DNA from: Herpetosiphon sp. NSE202
GTDB lineage: Bacteria > Chloroflexota > Chloroflexia > Chloroflexales > Herpetosiphonaceae
Direction of reading: 5' to 3'
Assembly: GCF_042688385.1 (NCBI RefSeq)
Contig: NZ_JBHUPY010000007.1
Coordinates: forward strand, 194,110 to 258,109
DNA: 64,000 bases
Positions 19,838 to 29,706 of this stretch are shown in pieces. Numbering within the stretch: position 1 is the first letter of the stretch; each line of letters opens with the position of its first letter. The position numbers and the translations under genes are program-made. The notes under the pieces were generated by a model. The model did no database searches and was not told the DNA's origin. It saw nothing but the letters and a program-made list of their open reading frames with translations.

Positions 19838-20307
19838 GCAGCGTTCAACTGTTCGAGCAGCCATTCAAGCGCCCGTTGCGCCGAAGCCTGCTTATTGCCC
19901 AGCCGATCGTAGGGCCAAATATGTTGCTCGACCAAGGCTTGATTCGGCAAAGCCAAACCTAAATACACTAAGCCGACTGGCTTTTCAGCGCTGCCGCCAC
20001 CAGGCCCAGCAATGCCAGTCGTGCTTAGGCCAACCGTCGCGCCAAGTGCTTGGGCTGTGCCTTGAGCCATGGCTAAGGCTGTTTCTGCACTCACCGCGCC
20101 AACCGTTGCGAGGGTTGAAGCTGGCACATGCAAAAGCTGCTGTTTGGCGCTGTTGGCATAGGCGATGATGCCGCCCAAATAAACCACAGAGCTGCCAGCA
20201 ATGTTGGTCAGCCAATCGCCTAGCAAACCACCAGTGCACGATTCGGCGGTAGCGAGCGTCCATTGGCGTTGGGCCAAGGCCGTAATGACTGCTTGGGCTA
20301 AGGCCAT
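19834..20307 (-). CDS. CinA C-terminal domain protein / NMN amidohydrolase (PncC-like)
   Basis: LATAESCTGGLLGDWLTNIAGSS...GGIIAYANSAKQQLL signature. Confidence 0.75.
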   Translation of the reverse strand: MALAQAVITALAQRQWTLATAESCTGGLLGDWLTNIAGSSVVYLGGIIAYANSAKQQLLHVPASTLATVGAVSAETALAMAQGTAQALGATVGLSTTGIAGPGGGSAEKPVGLVYLGLALPNQALVEQHIWPYDRLGNKQASAQRALEWLLEQLNAA

Positions 20308-20467
20308 CGATTTAGCCTGCACGCTGTTTGCCAAGTAATTGAAATGCCGTAAAGCCTAAATAAATAATAGCACCAATAATTAAAAGCTTGATTAGGCCCT
20401 TAAACAGCGTGCCAACAAACAATAAGGCCAGAATGACCACAATAATTTGCACAAGTTTACGATTCAT
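20297..20467 (-). CDS. Possible small (56 aa) hydrophobic membrane protein (absent from the ORF track, under 60 aa)
   Basis: Translation MNRKLVQIIVVILALLFVGTLFKGLIKLLIIGAIIYLGFTAFQLLGKQRAG*. Two predicted TM helices. Confidence 0.3.
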
Positions 20468-20479
20468 TATCGATTCCTT

Positions 20480-20758
20480 CTATGATAAGCCAATATCCCA
20501 CGTGGCGGCGATTTCTTCTTTGGTGAATGAACGGAAGGCTAAAACCGTCGAGGTGCGCACAATCCCCTTTAGGCTGCCAATTTGGTCGGGCACGGTTTTG
20601 GCCAGTTGATCGTAATCGGCCAAGCGCACAATTGCGATAATATCCCATTCGCCGGTAACCGAGTAAACCTCGGCCACGCCTTCAATCGCGGTCAGGCCAG
20701 CTGCTACCCCATTGGCGGCACTTGGTTCTGTTTGAATATGCACAAATGCGGTGATCAT
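20480..20758 (-). CDS. Stand-alone Lrp/AsnC-type ligand-binding (RAM) domain protein
   Basis: MITAFVHIQTE...VYSVTGEWDIIAIVRLADYDQL...VRTSTVLAF beta-alpha-beta-beta-alpha-beta pattern of AsnC C-terminal domain. Confidence 0.6.
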   Translation of the reverse strand: MITAFVHIQTEPSAANGVAAGLTAIEGVAEVYSVTGEWDIIAIVRLADYDQLAKTVPDQIGSLKGIVRTSTVLAFRSFTKEEIAATWDIGLS

Positions 20759-20845
20759 TGCTGGTTCCTCGCCATAGAATGCAAAAAATTCAGCTTATTT
20801 TAACATATTTGCCATGCGCCAAGCGTACAAGGGTTAATTATATAA

Positions 20846-20998
20846 GCCCCTCACCCCCAACCCCTCTCCCGTGGCGCGGGCGAGGGGCTTTTCGTTGCCT
20901 AGATTTTGCCATGAATTATCATGGAAACATGGTCTTTCATAATCTAGCTCCCCCTCGCCCGCGTTCAGTGGGAGAGGGGGCTTGGGGGGTGAGGGAAG
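20846..20998. repeat. Two inverted copies of the REP-like palindromic element
   Basis: 20846-20888 GCCCCTCACCCCCAACCCCTCTCCCGTGGCGCGGGCGAGGGGC. 20947-20998 is the inverse copy. Confidence 0.8.
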
Positions 20999-20999
20999 C

Positions 21000-22988
21000 T
21001 TAGGGCAGTAGGCGCAAGCGTTGCAACCTCACTGTTTGCTGCTCAGCGCCAGCCACCACCGGATCAAGCCGCAGCATACCAATTTGGCCTTGCCAAGTTG
21101 GAATTTGGCTCAGATCGAGGGTATAGGTATGCAGCGCGCCATCACCAATCACATCCCAAGCAACCGAATGATCTTCAGTTGCGCCTTCGCCTGGAGCCAT
21201 CCAATACAGTTGGCCGTGTTGATTGGGCAAGCTGGTGGCCATCGTAATTTCTAGTTTGCGCCATTGAGCACTATCAAGCGTGATGCGTGGGCTAAGCAAA
21301 TGCGGGTCTTGCTCGGGCACAAATTGCCAAGCATCAACCCACGTCGTGCCAGCGATAAAATTCTCGCGCCAACCCAAACTCCAATCTTGCCAATGCCAAT
21401 CGGGCATACCTTGAGGAATGGGGTCGAGCTTAAAGTAGCTGGCATAGGTCAGGGTAATTGGTTGCGCTTGGTGCAAAAACGGCGCAAAGCATTCAGCCAC
21501 CGCTTGCGGCTCTAAGCCATAGCGTTCGAGCAAAATTGGGCTAGGCGCAACCGCCTGCTGATCGAGCCAAACTGGATAGCCAGAGCTAGTGGTATCGACA
21601 ATTTTGGCGCTAATTTCCAAGCAGCCATGCTGCCAATCGCCAGGGCTGACACTGAGCGGCAGACTATTTGGGCGGGCAAATTCATATTCTGCATACAAGG
21701 CTTGCAAGCCATTTGGCACGAGATAAAAATCATTGCTGCTGCCAATTTGGGCCAATTCAGTAATGATCATGCGATCTTGATCGTTGGCAGCATTGCCGTT
21801 GGCTTTAATTTGCCAGCCATTGTTTAAAGCCAAGCCAACCAAAGCCGCGCTGAGGGCTGGCTGCCACCACGGCCAACGCGCCAAACTGAGTGTATTTAGC
21901 GCCAGCGTGATCAACAAGGCCCACGGCGGCAAGCAGGCAATCCAAAATTCAATATTATCTGGCTCCCACCAGCCAAAAAAGAGGCTGTAGCTTACCAGCC
22001 AGGTTGTGGCCAGCAACACCAACGGGCGGGATTGGACCCAAATCTGCCGCCAACGCCAGCCAATCAGGCCAAGGCTTGCCAGCAAAACGACACCCCCAAG
22101 CCAGCCATGAATCGTATGTTGCCAACCGCTAAGCAAATTGCCAACACTCGTTGCGCTTGGCGTAGCACCCCACAAGCCAGTATTGGCATATTCAAACAGC
22201 CATTGTTGGATTTGTGGCCAGCTGCGAAAGCCACTCAAGCCAAACATCACAAGCGCATAGCTACCGCCAACTACCAGCAAGCCAACCAAAGCATAGTGGA
22301 TGAATGCCCGCCAGCGTTGGCTCCATAGCGTGGATTGCCAATTGGCACTCAGCCAAACCGCCAGCACTGGCAACAACCACAACACATTAGTTTGATGAAA
22401 CAGAATCGCGCCGCTATGCGCCAAACCAAGCCAGCGCCATAAGTTCACGTTTTGGGGCGTTTCAGCCAAGCGCAGCAACAAACCGGTGGCAATAATCAAA
22501 AACAAGCCAGCCAAGGTATAGACCTCGACTTCAACCGCGTAATACCACCAGGCATATGCGCCGCCAACCAGCAGACTGCCAATGCTCGCCAACCATGCTT
22601 GCTTGGTGAGGCGATAAAGCAACCTCCACCAGATGATCACGCCGCTTGCGCCAGCCAGCACATTGAGCAATTGCAACGGTCTAAAAGCCATGCCCTGATA
22701 GCCCACAACCTGACTGAATCCATAAACAATTTCGCCAAGCGGCCCATACAACAAATGATGGGGATGAAACGATTCGCGCCACGGTTTGGCTTGCACCGCC
22801 GTCGCATACGAATAGGCATCGAAAGTATGAATCTGCGTGAGCGTTAGGCTATAGAGCAGAACTAAGCCCAGCCACGCCAAACCAAGCTTTAAACGAAATT
22901 GTTGCTGCATTGCGGTATCCAGAAAGCGCGCTAAAACAATGACACAGCCTGTTGTTACAGACTGTGCCATAGTACCATTGAATGACAT
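21000..22988 (-). CDS. Polytopic membrane protein, GT-C-like glycosyltransferase candidate (DUF2079-like) with C-terminal soluble domain
   Basis: More than 12 TM helices in the N-terminal 400 aa. Acidic first-loop motif HTFDAYSY. Overlaps the stop of the upstream protease gene. Confidence 0.45.
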   Translation of the reverse strand: MSFNGTMAQSVTTGCVIVLARFLDTAMQQQFRLKLGLAWLGLVLLYSLTLTQIHTFDAYSYATAVQAKPWRESFHPHHLLYGPLGEIVYGFSQVVGYQGMAFRPLQLLNVLAGASGVIIWWRLLYRLTKQAWLASIGSLLVGGAYAWWYYAVEVEVYTLAGLFLIIATGLLLRLAETPQNVNLWRWLGLAHSGAILFHQTNVLWLLPVLAVWLSANWQSTLWSQRWRAFIHYALVGLLVVGGSYALVMFGLSGFRSWPQIQQWLFEYANTGLWGATPSATSVGNLLSGWQHTIHGWLGGVVLLASLGLIGWRWRQIWVQSRPLVLLATTWLVSYSLFFGWWEPDNIEFWIACLPPWALLITLALNTLSLARWPWWQPALSAALVGLALNNGWQIKANGNAANDQDRMIITELAQIGSSNDFYLVPNGLQALYAEYEFARPNSLPLSVSPGDWQHGCLEISAKIVDTTSSGYPVWLDQQAVAPSPILLERYGLEPQAVAECFAPFLHQAQPITLTYASYFKLDPIPQGMPDWHWQDWSLGWRENFIAGTTWVDAWQFVPEQDPHLLSPRITLDSAQWRKLEITMATSLPNQHGQLYWMAPGEGATEDHSVAWDVIGDGALHTYTLDLSQIPTWQGQIGMLRLDPVVAGAEQQTVRLQRLRLLP

Positions 22989-22993
22989 TCAGC

Positions 22994-25255
22994 TTATTTG
23001 GTCGTCCAAGGCAGATAGACTTTATAGCTAACTGCTGGAGCGGTCACGATAACCGTACCTTGCATATTGCTGTGCAACGTACAGACATAACTGAAGCTAC
23101 CAACCGTATCAAAGGTTACTGCATACTCTTGGTTTTGGCTCAGAGTGCCCGACTCCCAAGTAAATGGGGTTTGAGTACGGGTTGTGTCATGGGGAGCGCT
23201 ATCAAGGTTGCGCCACAGAACATTGGTACCCAAGGTAACCGTAATGGGAGTTGGGCTAAAGCGGAAGTTTTGAATGTTGACGGTTTGGGTCGCGGTGTAG
23301 GCAAAGTTTTGGGTTACGCTCTGATTGAGTGCAACCGTGACTGTTGCCACTTGCGTTTCCAAGGCCATCAAATCGCTCGCGATCGTGTAAGTGCCTGGCG
23401 CTAAGGTCAAGCTATACACCCCTTGAGCGTTGGTTTCGGTCGTCACGTTGCCTGGGTTAGCGGTGATCACCGCGCCAGCACGGCCAATGCCGTTGAGGGT
23501 CACGCTACCAGTTGCAGTACCAGTTGGGCCACCACTAAAAGCAAAATCTTCGGTAGTAACTTGGCCTTTGACAATCGTCACTTGGCGGGTAATTGGATCT
23601 TGGCCTGGTACAGTTACGGTGGCGGTATACACGCCTGATGGCAAGCTGGTGCTATAGACACCAGTGGTTTTGCCAAATTCAACCACGCCAACGCTGTTTT
23701 CCAAGCGCACGGTGGCCGAAGTTGCGGCAGTGCCATTAAGCGTGATGCGGCCTTGCAAGGTTGGGGCAATTGCGGTCAAGGCATTGACATAGCCATGGCC
23801 AAAGGTGTTGTTTGGAATGCTTGAGCCAGGTACGCCACCACAGGTTTCGGTTGAAGGAGCAGCGGTTGCGGTTTCTTGCAAGATTGCGCGCGTCAGATCA
23901 ACTTGGCCTTGCAATTCTGGCCGAGCTGACCACAACAAGGCCACCACACCAACCACGTGCGGGCTAGCCATACTCGTCCCGTTGCTTGAGCCATAGCTGG
24001 TGTCACTGCTGCGGGTAGCCGAACGAACACTAACCCCTGGAGCAGAAATATCAGGGCCAAGTCGGCTTACGCCGTTATTGGTAGCAGGGCCACGGCTGCT
24101 AAAATCAGCAATTAGACTAGCAGAATCGTGGGCACCAACTGTAAAGCTTTCAGGATAAATTGCGACTGGTGTTCTAATCGAGCTACAGCCCTCATCACCA
24201 TAATTTCCGGCCGAAGCCACAAACATAATCCCAGCATTGGTCACGTTTTGAACTGAGGTCTGAATCCCATCAGCAGGCGTATTATTACAGCCTTCATCTG
24301 CTGGACAGCCCCATGAGTTGTTAATCACATGCGGAGCTTTGCTGGGGTCGCCTTCAGCGCTGGTGCCAGCACTTGGGAATGGAGCCAACATCCAGTCGAT
24401 ACAGCGGATATAGGTTGCAGGTGTCCCAGCACCAGCATCCATGTTGCGGCAGGCAATCCACTTCGCACCTGGCGCAACCCCAATTTGCTCACCAGAGCCG
24501 TTATCACCAACCACTGTCCCAACAGTGTGAGTCCCGTGTGAGTTATCGTCACATGGTGCGTTAATCGCAATCCCACAGGGGTTGGTGCCACCTAATGAGG
24601 TACGAATACCATCATACCAGTTGTAATCGTGGCTGGCAGTTGTGCCGTTCCAGCCGCGATATTTGTTCTTGATGGCGGCGTGCGTCCAGCGCACCCCAGT
24701 ATCTTCGCCAGCAATCACAATCCCTTGGCCAGTAATACCCTTGGCCCAGACTTGCGGAGCTTTAACGTAGTTCACACCCCAGGTTATTGCATTGACTGCT
24801 TGTGGTGCGGGGCTGGTTTCAGCAACAGGGTTTTCAACCTTGGCCACAATCGTATCTTCGATCAATTGCTTGACGCTGGCTTGTTCAGCCAACCATTGAG
24901 CGCTGGCTAAATCAAGCGTCGCATACACGGCGTTGACTGAAAGAAAGCCTTCTGATTGAATTCCACGGTTGCTGAGTTCGTTTAGGAGCGGGGTTTGATC
25001 GCGTTGGGCTTGTTGGCGCAAGGCGGCGACAACGGCAGCACCTTTGGCTTCTTTGCTTGCTAAGCGATCAGCGAAGTTGGTGTCGACTTGGGCGTGTAAC
25101 AACACCAAGGTTGGTACTCGTTGGCCTGCATTCAGCTTGGCCAGAAGGGCTGAATCGGCCTTGTTGGCCAAGCGATCGGGTGTGTTGGCGGAGGCGCTTG
25201 GCAGACAAAAGCCCGCTAACACCATCAGGAGAATGAATGGTTTGAACAGACGCAT
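22994..25255 (-). CDS. Secreted subtilisin-like S8 serine peptidase with C-terminal beta-sandwich repeats and terminal cupredoxin-like domain
   Basis: Signal peptide. Catalytic D/H/S motifs (GHGTHTVGTVVG, GTSMASPHVVGVVALL). C-terminus CTLHSNMQG plus upstream His gives a type-1 Cu ligand set. GGGGAG RBS. Confidence 0.85.
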   Translation of the reverse strand: MRLFKPFILLMVLAGFCLPSASANTPDRLANKADSALLAKLNAGQRVPTLVLLHAQVDTNFADRLASKEAKGAAVVAALRQQAQRDQTPLLNELSNRGIQSEGFLSVNAVYATLDLASAQWLAEQASVKQLIEDTIVAKVENPVAETSPAPQAVNAITWGVNYVKAPQVWAKGITGQGIVIAGEDTGVRWTHAAIKNKYRGWNGTTASHDYNWYDGIRTSLGGTNPCGIAINAPCDDNSHGTHTVGTVVGDNGSGEQIGVAPGAKWIACRNMDAGAGTPATYIRCIDWMLAPFPSAGTSAEGDPSKAPHVINNSWGCPADEGCNNTPADGIQTSVQNVTNAGIMFVASAGNYGDEGCSSIRTPVAIYPESFTVGAHDSASLIADFSSRGPATNNGVSRLGPDISAPGVSVRSATRSSDTSYGSSNGTSMASPHVVGVVALLWSARPELQGQVDLTRAILQETATAAPSTETCGGVPGSSIPNNTFGHGYVNALTAIAPTLQGRITLNGTAATSATVRLENSVGVVEFGKTTGVYSTSLPSGVYTATVTVPGQDPITRQVTIVKGQVTTEDFAFSGGPTGTATGSVTLNGIGRAGAVITANPGNVTTETNAQGVYSLTLAPGTYTIASDLMALETQVATVTVALNQSVTQNFAYTATQTVNIQNFRFSPTPITVTLGTNVLWRNLDSAPHDTTRTQTPFTWESGTLSQNQEYAVTFDTVGSFSYVCTLHSNMQGTVIVTAPAVSYKVYLPWTTK

Positions 25256-25353
25256 AGGCTCCCCACAACAGGTAAAAGATATTAACTTAGCTGCAAGTAT
25301 AGCAAACTTTTGGGCATGGTAAAATAGCATGATGCTGATAGATTGCGACATGC

Positions 25354-26355
25354 TTGAAATGGACGATTATGGAAGATTTTTTGCGCCGAGCAGCGGCGGA
25401 TTTACATATTGGGGTTGAACAAACCAGCCCAACCACGTGGACATTAACTATTCCCGGCAGCTTGGCTCGGGTTTTTGGCAAAGAAACAGTCTTGGTCACA
25501 ACTGATAAACAAGTTGCGGCGCTCGACCCTGATCTACAATTGCTTTCGCCCAACTCATCGTTAACCTTGCGCCTCGCCGAGCAGTTGCGTTCACGCGGGC
25601 GGCCAACCCACCGCGCGCGCTTGGAATGGTATCCTGATCAAGCTAGCTTGTTGGCCGATGTGCAGCAAGCGCAGCTAATTCAAGGCCCAGCCTTGCAAAT
25701 TAGCGCCTTGCAACAGCATATTGTGCTGCGGATTACCTTCCGCATTCGTTTTGAGCGCGAAGTGATCGAAGAAAAAATGGTGGCTTGTTGTGTCGATTAT
25801 GAAACTGGCCAAGTTTGGCCCACGGTTACCGACATCACCAATCTGCGTGAGCAATTAACGCCCTTGCCCACAACCGGCCTAACCGAGGAGCACGTGAATG
25901 TCGCCTTGCACCATGCTCGGCGCTGGCTCGAACGCTTGCTCTACCCGCAAAAAGCCCTGCACGAAGCCCAACTTGCCCAATTGCTGGCGGTCGAAAAAGC
26001 GCGCATCAATGCCTTCTACGATGCCCTAGAGGAAGATTCAGGCTTAGCCTTGGGGGCCAAAGAGGGCGAATCGAACAAACAATACGCGCTCGAAGAAGAA
26101 CGCAAACGCTTGCTTGATGAGCAAGAATATCGTTATGCGCTTTCGCTAGCCGCCGAAACGGTAAGCGTCGCCACCCTCCACGTGCCAGTTTTGCACATTG
26201 GCAGCAAACAACAAGCACAATTAATCGCGATCTCGCCCTTGTTTGAGCCAATGATTCAATTGCCCCATTGCCAAGCCTGTGGCCGTCAAGCAAGCTTAGT
26301 CCAACACAAAAATCAACTTGTTTGCAATGTTTGCCATCAAGTGCTCGCTCAATAG
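25354..26355 (+). CDS. Hypothetical protein with C-terminal CxxC...CxxC zinc ribbon
   Basis: LPHCQACGRQ...LVCNVCHQV at C-terminus. No other recognisable domain. Confidence 0.4.
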   Translation: MKWTIMEDFLRRAAADLHIGVEQTSPTTWTLTIPGSLARVFGKETVLVTTDKQVAALDPDLQLLSPNSSLTLRLAEQLRSRGRPTHRARLEWYPDQASLLADVQQAQLIQGPALQISALQQHIVLRITFRIRFEREVIEEKMVACCVDYETGQVWPTVTDITNLREQLTPLPTTGLTEEHVNVALHHARRWLERLLYPQKALHEAQLAQLLAVEKARINAFYDALEEDSGLALGAKEGESNKQYALEEERKRLLDEQEYRYALSLAAETVSVATLHVPVLHIGSKQQAQLIAISPLFEPMIQLPHCQACGRQASLVQHKNQLVCNVCHQVLAQ

Positions 26356-26380
26356 TGTTTTTTTTCAAGCCAATTTTAGT

Positions 26381-26544
26381 TCCCTCACCCCCCAACCCCT
26401 CTCCCGTGGCGCGGGCGAGGGGGAGCACCCGTTTTTATCAGGGATTTTTGCACGAACCACGGCGTTAAAGCCCCTCGCCCGCGCCACGGGAGAGGGGTTG
26501 GGGTGAGGGGATCTTAACTACTACCCTTGAAAGGGAGAGGGGTT
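26381..26544. repeat. REP-like palindromic elements (2 full inverted copies plus a partial)
   Basis: 26381-26424, 26470-26511 (inverse), 26533-26544 (partial). Confidence 0.8.
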
Positions 26545-26604
26545 CGTTAACTCACACAATTCATCTATTAACAAAAGTTAATAAATTGATCGGACTTAAG
26601 GCGC

Positions 26605-26633
26605 TTGCACGGGCTGCCAAACACCCCTATGAT
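26605..26633 (+). promoter_or_regulatory. Sigma-70-type promoter for the DUF2236 gene
   Basis: TTGCAC-17 nt-TATGAT, ~110 nt upstream of the ATG. RBS AAAGGGGAAG. Confidence 0.55.
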
Positions 26634-26748
26634 ACTAGCCAAGCATAGATCCTTTGGCCACGAGCATTTCACCCTTTCTATGCACATCGGTCATACCAGC
26701 CACTAGGCTTGGCTTTACCCTGATCGTTGGAGAATTGAAAGGGGAAGT

Positions 26749-27840
26749 ATGCGTTACACCCAAGCATATCTTGAAGCGTTGCGTCCAATTGGCGACCCTG
26801 CCGCCGATAGTTTAATTGCCCAGTTGGCTGCTCATGGCGATTTAGCGCGCGTAAGCCAAGTGCTGCGCCAAATTGCCAAAAACGACCAGCCATCGCCCCA
26901 CGATTTGCCGCCGCTGCTCATTGCATGGCTCGCACAACATTCTACTCCTCCTGCAACGATCGATTGGCAACGAATTAATAATGGGGCAGCTTTTTTTGCC
27001 CGCTATGGCATGGCAATTACGGTTGTGCTCTCAACCGCCGCGTTGGTTGGCTGTTATGCGGCCCAAAAAGGGGTCAAAGTGCTCACCCAAACCCAGCGCT
27101 TGCAAACCGAACCCTACCGCCGCGTCACCGAATCGGGCCATTTTGTGATGGCAGTCTTGCAACCAAATGCTTTACAAGCCAATGGCGAAGGATTGCAGAT
27201 CATTCAAAAAGTGCGCCTGATGCACGCCGCTGTGCGCTACCACATTGACCAAGCTGGCCAATGGAATTACAGCGAACTGGGGGTGCCAATTTGCCAAGAA
27301 GATATGTTGGGCACGCTGATGGTGTTTTCGTATGGCGTAATTTGGGGCTTGGAGCAACTTGGCTATCGCATCGCCAAGCAGCAAGCAGAGGATTTTCTGT
27401 ATACGTGGAATCTGATTGGCAGCTTGATTGGCATCGATCCTGCCAGCTTGCCACGCTCAATCGCCGAAGCCGAAGATTTGGCCTATAGCATTTCGAACCG
27501 TCAGCATGGCCCTTCGGACGAGGGCCGCGAACTGACCCAAGCACTGCTGGCAATGCATACGGGGCTATTACCAAGCCGTTTTTTCGATGGCATGGTTCCC
27601 GCATTGATCCAGCATTTGGCAGGTGCTGAGGTGGCGGCATGGATGGGCGTGCCCCAAACCCGCTGGAAATATGCGCTACGCTATCTTAAAGCGCTCAACA
27701 GCGCCATGCGGACGATTACCCAGCACGTTCCTCTAATCGATACCCAATTCGATCGCTTAACATTTTTGTTGTTGCAACGCTGGACGGGCGCAATTCATCG
27801 TGGCGAGTTGAGCGCAACCCTCAATGAATGGAGCGCTTAA
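26749..27840 (+). CDS. DUF2236 (MpaB/latex-clearing-protein-like oxygenase family) protein
   Basis: N-terminal LRPIGDPAADSLIAQL pattern and length typical of DUF2236. Tentative assignment. Confidence 0.45.
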   Translation: MRYTQAYLEALRPIGDPAADSLIAQLAAHGDLARVSQVLRQIAKNDQPSPHDLPPLLIAWLAQHSTPPATIDWQRINNGAAFFARYGMAITVVLSTAALVGCYAAQKGVKVLTQTQRLQTEPYRRVTESGHFVMAVLQPNALQANGEGLQIIQKVRLMHAAVRYHIDQAGQWNYSELGVPICQEDMLGTLMVFSYGVIWGLEQLGYRIAKQQAEDFLYTWNLIGSLIGIDPASLPRSIAEAEDLAYSISNRQHGPSDEGRELTQALLAMHTGLLPSRFFDGMVPALIQHLAGAEVAAWMGVPQTRWKYALRYLKALNSAMRTITQHVPLIDTQFDRLTFLLLQRWTGAIHRGELSATLNEWSA

Positions 27841-27912
27841 TTCAATCAAGCCCCCCGCTAATGCTACACTAAAGCCAATCTGGCGCTTGCCACGATTGGT
27901 CTTTTTTAGGTC

Positions 27913-27967
27913 TTGACAGTATTCGATTTACAGTGTAAATTCATTTATAAGATTTACACTGTAAATC
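27913..27967 (+). promoter_or_regulatory. Promoter (TTGACA/TAAATT) overlapped by two tandem 15-bp palindromic operator sites (ATTTACAsTGTAAAT) upstream of the TetR gene
   Basis: TTGACA at 27913-27918. Palindromes GATTTACAGTGTAAAT (27925-27940) and GATTTACACTGTAAATC (27951-27967), 26 bp apart centre to centre. Confidence 0.7.
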
Positions 27968-27982
27968 TATTGAGGTTTTGGA

Positions 27983-28681
27983 ATGGCGCGAACGCGGAAT
28001 CATGTACTCAATGCTGAAACAACCGTTCAAATTAAGCAAGCAGCTCGCCAACTTATGGCGCAGCATGGCACAGCAGGCTTATCAATCCGAGGGATTGCCA
28101 AAGTGCTGTCGGTGAGTCCTCCGGCGCTGTATCACTACTTTGCCAACTTGGACGACCTGATTACAACCTTAATCGCTGATAGTTTTAATAGTTTGGCCGA
28201 TCGCTTGGATGAGGTCGGACTCAAAAGCCGAACCAAGACCAAGGCAGGCCGCTTATTAGCTGTGCTCGAAGCCTATCGCAGCTGGGCGTTTGAGCATCCA
28301 ATCGATTTTCAACTGATCTATGGGAATCCGATTCCAGGCTATAACGCCCCGCGCGAAATTACCGTACCTGCCGTGGTGCGCACGTTTGTCACCCCAGTAC
28401 GCTTGGCCGATTTAGCCATCAAAGCTGGCGAATCGAGCCTCAACGAATTTGTCATGACCGAGGCCTGTGCCGAACGCATGACCGCCATGATTACCCAAAA
28501 TAACTATCCAGTTTCGCTTGAATCGATGTATGTTGTGATGACGCTTTGGACGCAAATTCATGGCCTGATTATGCTGGATTTATACGGGCATCTTAGCTCG
28601 AATGTTGGCAATGCTGAGGAATTCTATCGCCATCGGGTGATGGAAATGCTGCACAGTTTTGGCTTTCACGACTTAACTTAA
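27983..28681 (+). CDS. TetR-family transcriptional regulator
   Basis: HTH LSIRGIAKVLSVSPPALYHYFANLDDL. Confidence 0.85.
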   Translation: MARTRNHVLNAETTVQIKQAARQLMAQHGTAGLSIRGIAKVLSVSPPALYHYFANLDDLITTLIADSFNSLADRLDEVGLKSRTKTKAGRLLAVLEAYRSWAFEHPIDFQLIYGNPIPGYNAPREITVPAVVRTFVTPVRLADLAIKAGESSLNEFVMTEACAERMTAMITQNNYPVSLESMYVVMTLWTQIHGLIMLDLYGHLSSNVGNAEEFYRHRVMEMLHSFGFHDLT

Positions 28682-28761
28682 TCAACCTGGCAATGACACT
28701 TAAATTGGCCTTGGCAATAAGGCTGAGCTTGCTGTTGCCAAAATTAATAAGGAAACTCCCC

Positions 28762-29685
28762 ATGACAAACGAATTACACGTTATTTTTGGCACTGGCCCA
28801 ATTGGCAAAGCGACCGCCCGCTGTTTGGTTAGCGCAGGCAAACAGGTGCGAATGATTAATCGTTCCGGCAAGGCCAGCCATCTGCCAGAGAGCGTTGAAG
28901 TGCTAGCTGGCGATATTTACGATCAACAATTCGTCGCGCAGCAAGCCCGCGATGCCGCCAGCGTTTACCAATGTGCCCAGCCAGCCTACTACGAATGGAC
29001 GAGCAAATTTCCCGCTATGCAAGCGGCTGTGATCGCAGGCGTAGCCCAAAGCAATGCGCGCTTGGTCGTGATGGAAAATTTGTATGGCTACGGCCGCTGC
29101 ACGCAGCCAATGACCGAAGCAACGCCATTTGCCGCCCACACCCGCAAAGGCAAACTGCGCGCCCAAATGAGCGAGCATCTGTTTGCAGCCCATCAGGCTG
29201 GCCGAATTCGCGCAACCAGCGTGCGCGCCTCAAATTTCTATGGCCCAGAATATCAGCTGATGGGCGATCAGGTGGTGAAACCTGCTTTGCAAGGCAAAAA
29301 AGCAACCTTGCTTGGCAATGCAGATATGCCACATAGTTTCAGTTATGTCAATGATATTGGTGCAACGCTGGCGCTGTTGGGCAGCGATGATCGCGGTTTG
29401 GGCCGCCCGTGGCATGCACCAAGCCCAGCCGCGCTGACCCAGCGCGAGTTTGTAGCAATTTTGGCCAAGATTTTGGGCAAGCCAGTTGGCTATCGTACCA
29501 TCAACACAGCGATGGTTTGGCTACTTGGACGCTTTGTCAAAGAAATTGGCGAAACGGTTGAGATGATGTATGAGTGGCAAGCGCCGTTTGTGATGGATAG
29601 CAGCGCGTTTAGCCAAACCTTCGGGCTTGAAGCCACGCCAATCGAAGAGGGAATTCGCTCGATGGTGGATTGGTTTCGCAATTAA
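28762..29685 (+). CDS. NAD(P)-binding epimerase/dehydratase-family (NmrA/atypical SDR-like) oxidoreductase
   Basis: N-terminal VIFGTGPIGKATAR Rossmann motif. Forms a pair with the TetR gene. Confidence 0.7.
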   Translation: MTNELHVIFGTGPIGKATARCLVSAGKQVRMINRSGKASHLPESVEVLAGDIYDQQFVAQQARDAASVYQCAQPAYYEWTSKFPAMQAAVIAGVAQSNARLVVMENLYGYGRCTQPMTEATPFAAHTRKGKLRAQMSEHLFAAHQAGRIRATSVRASNFYGPEYQLMGDQVVKPALQGKKATLLGNADMPHSFSYVNDIGATLALLGSDDRGLGRPWHAPSPAALTQREFVAILAKILGKPVGYRTINTAMVWLLGRFVKEIGETVEMMYEWQAPFVMDSSAFSQTFGLEATPIEEGIRSMVDWFRN

Positions 29686-29706
29686 CCAGCGGCGCAGCGC
29701 AGGCGT

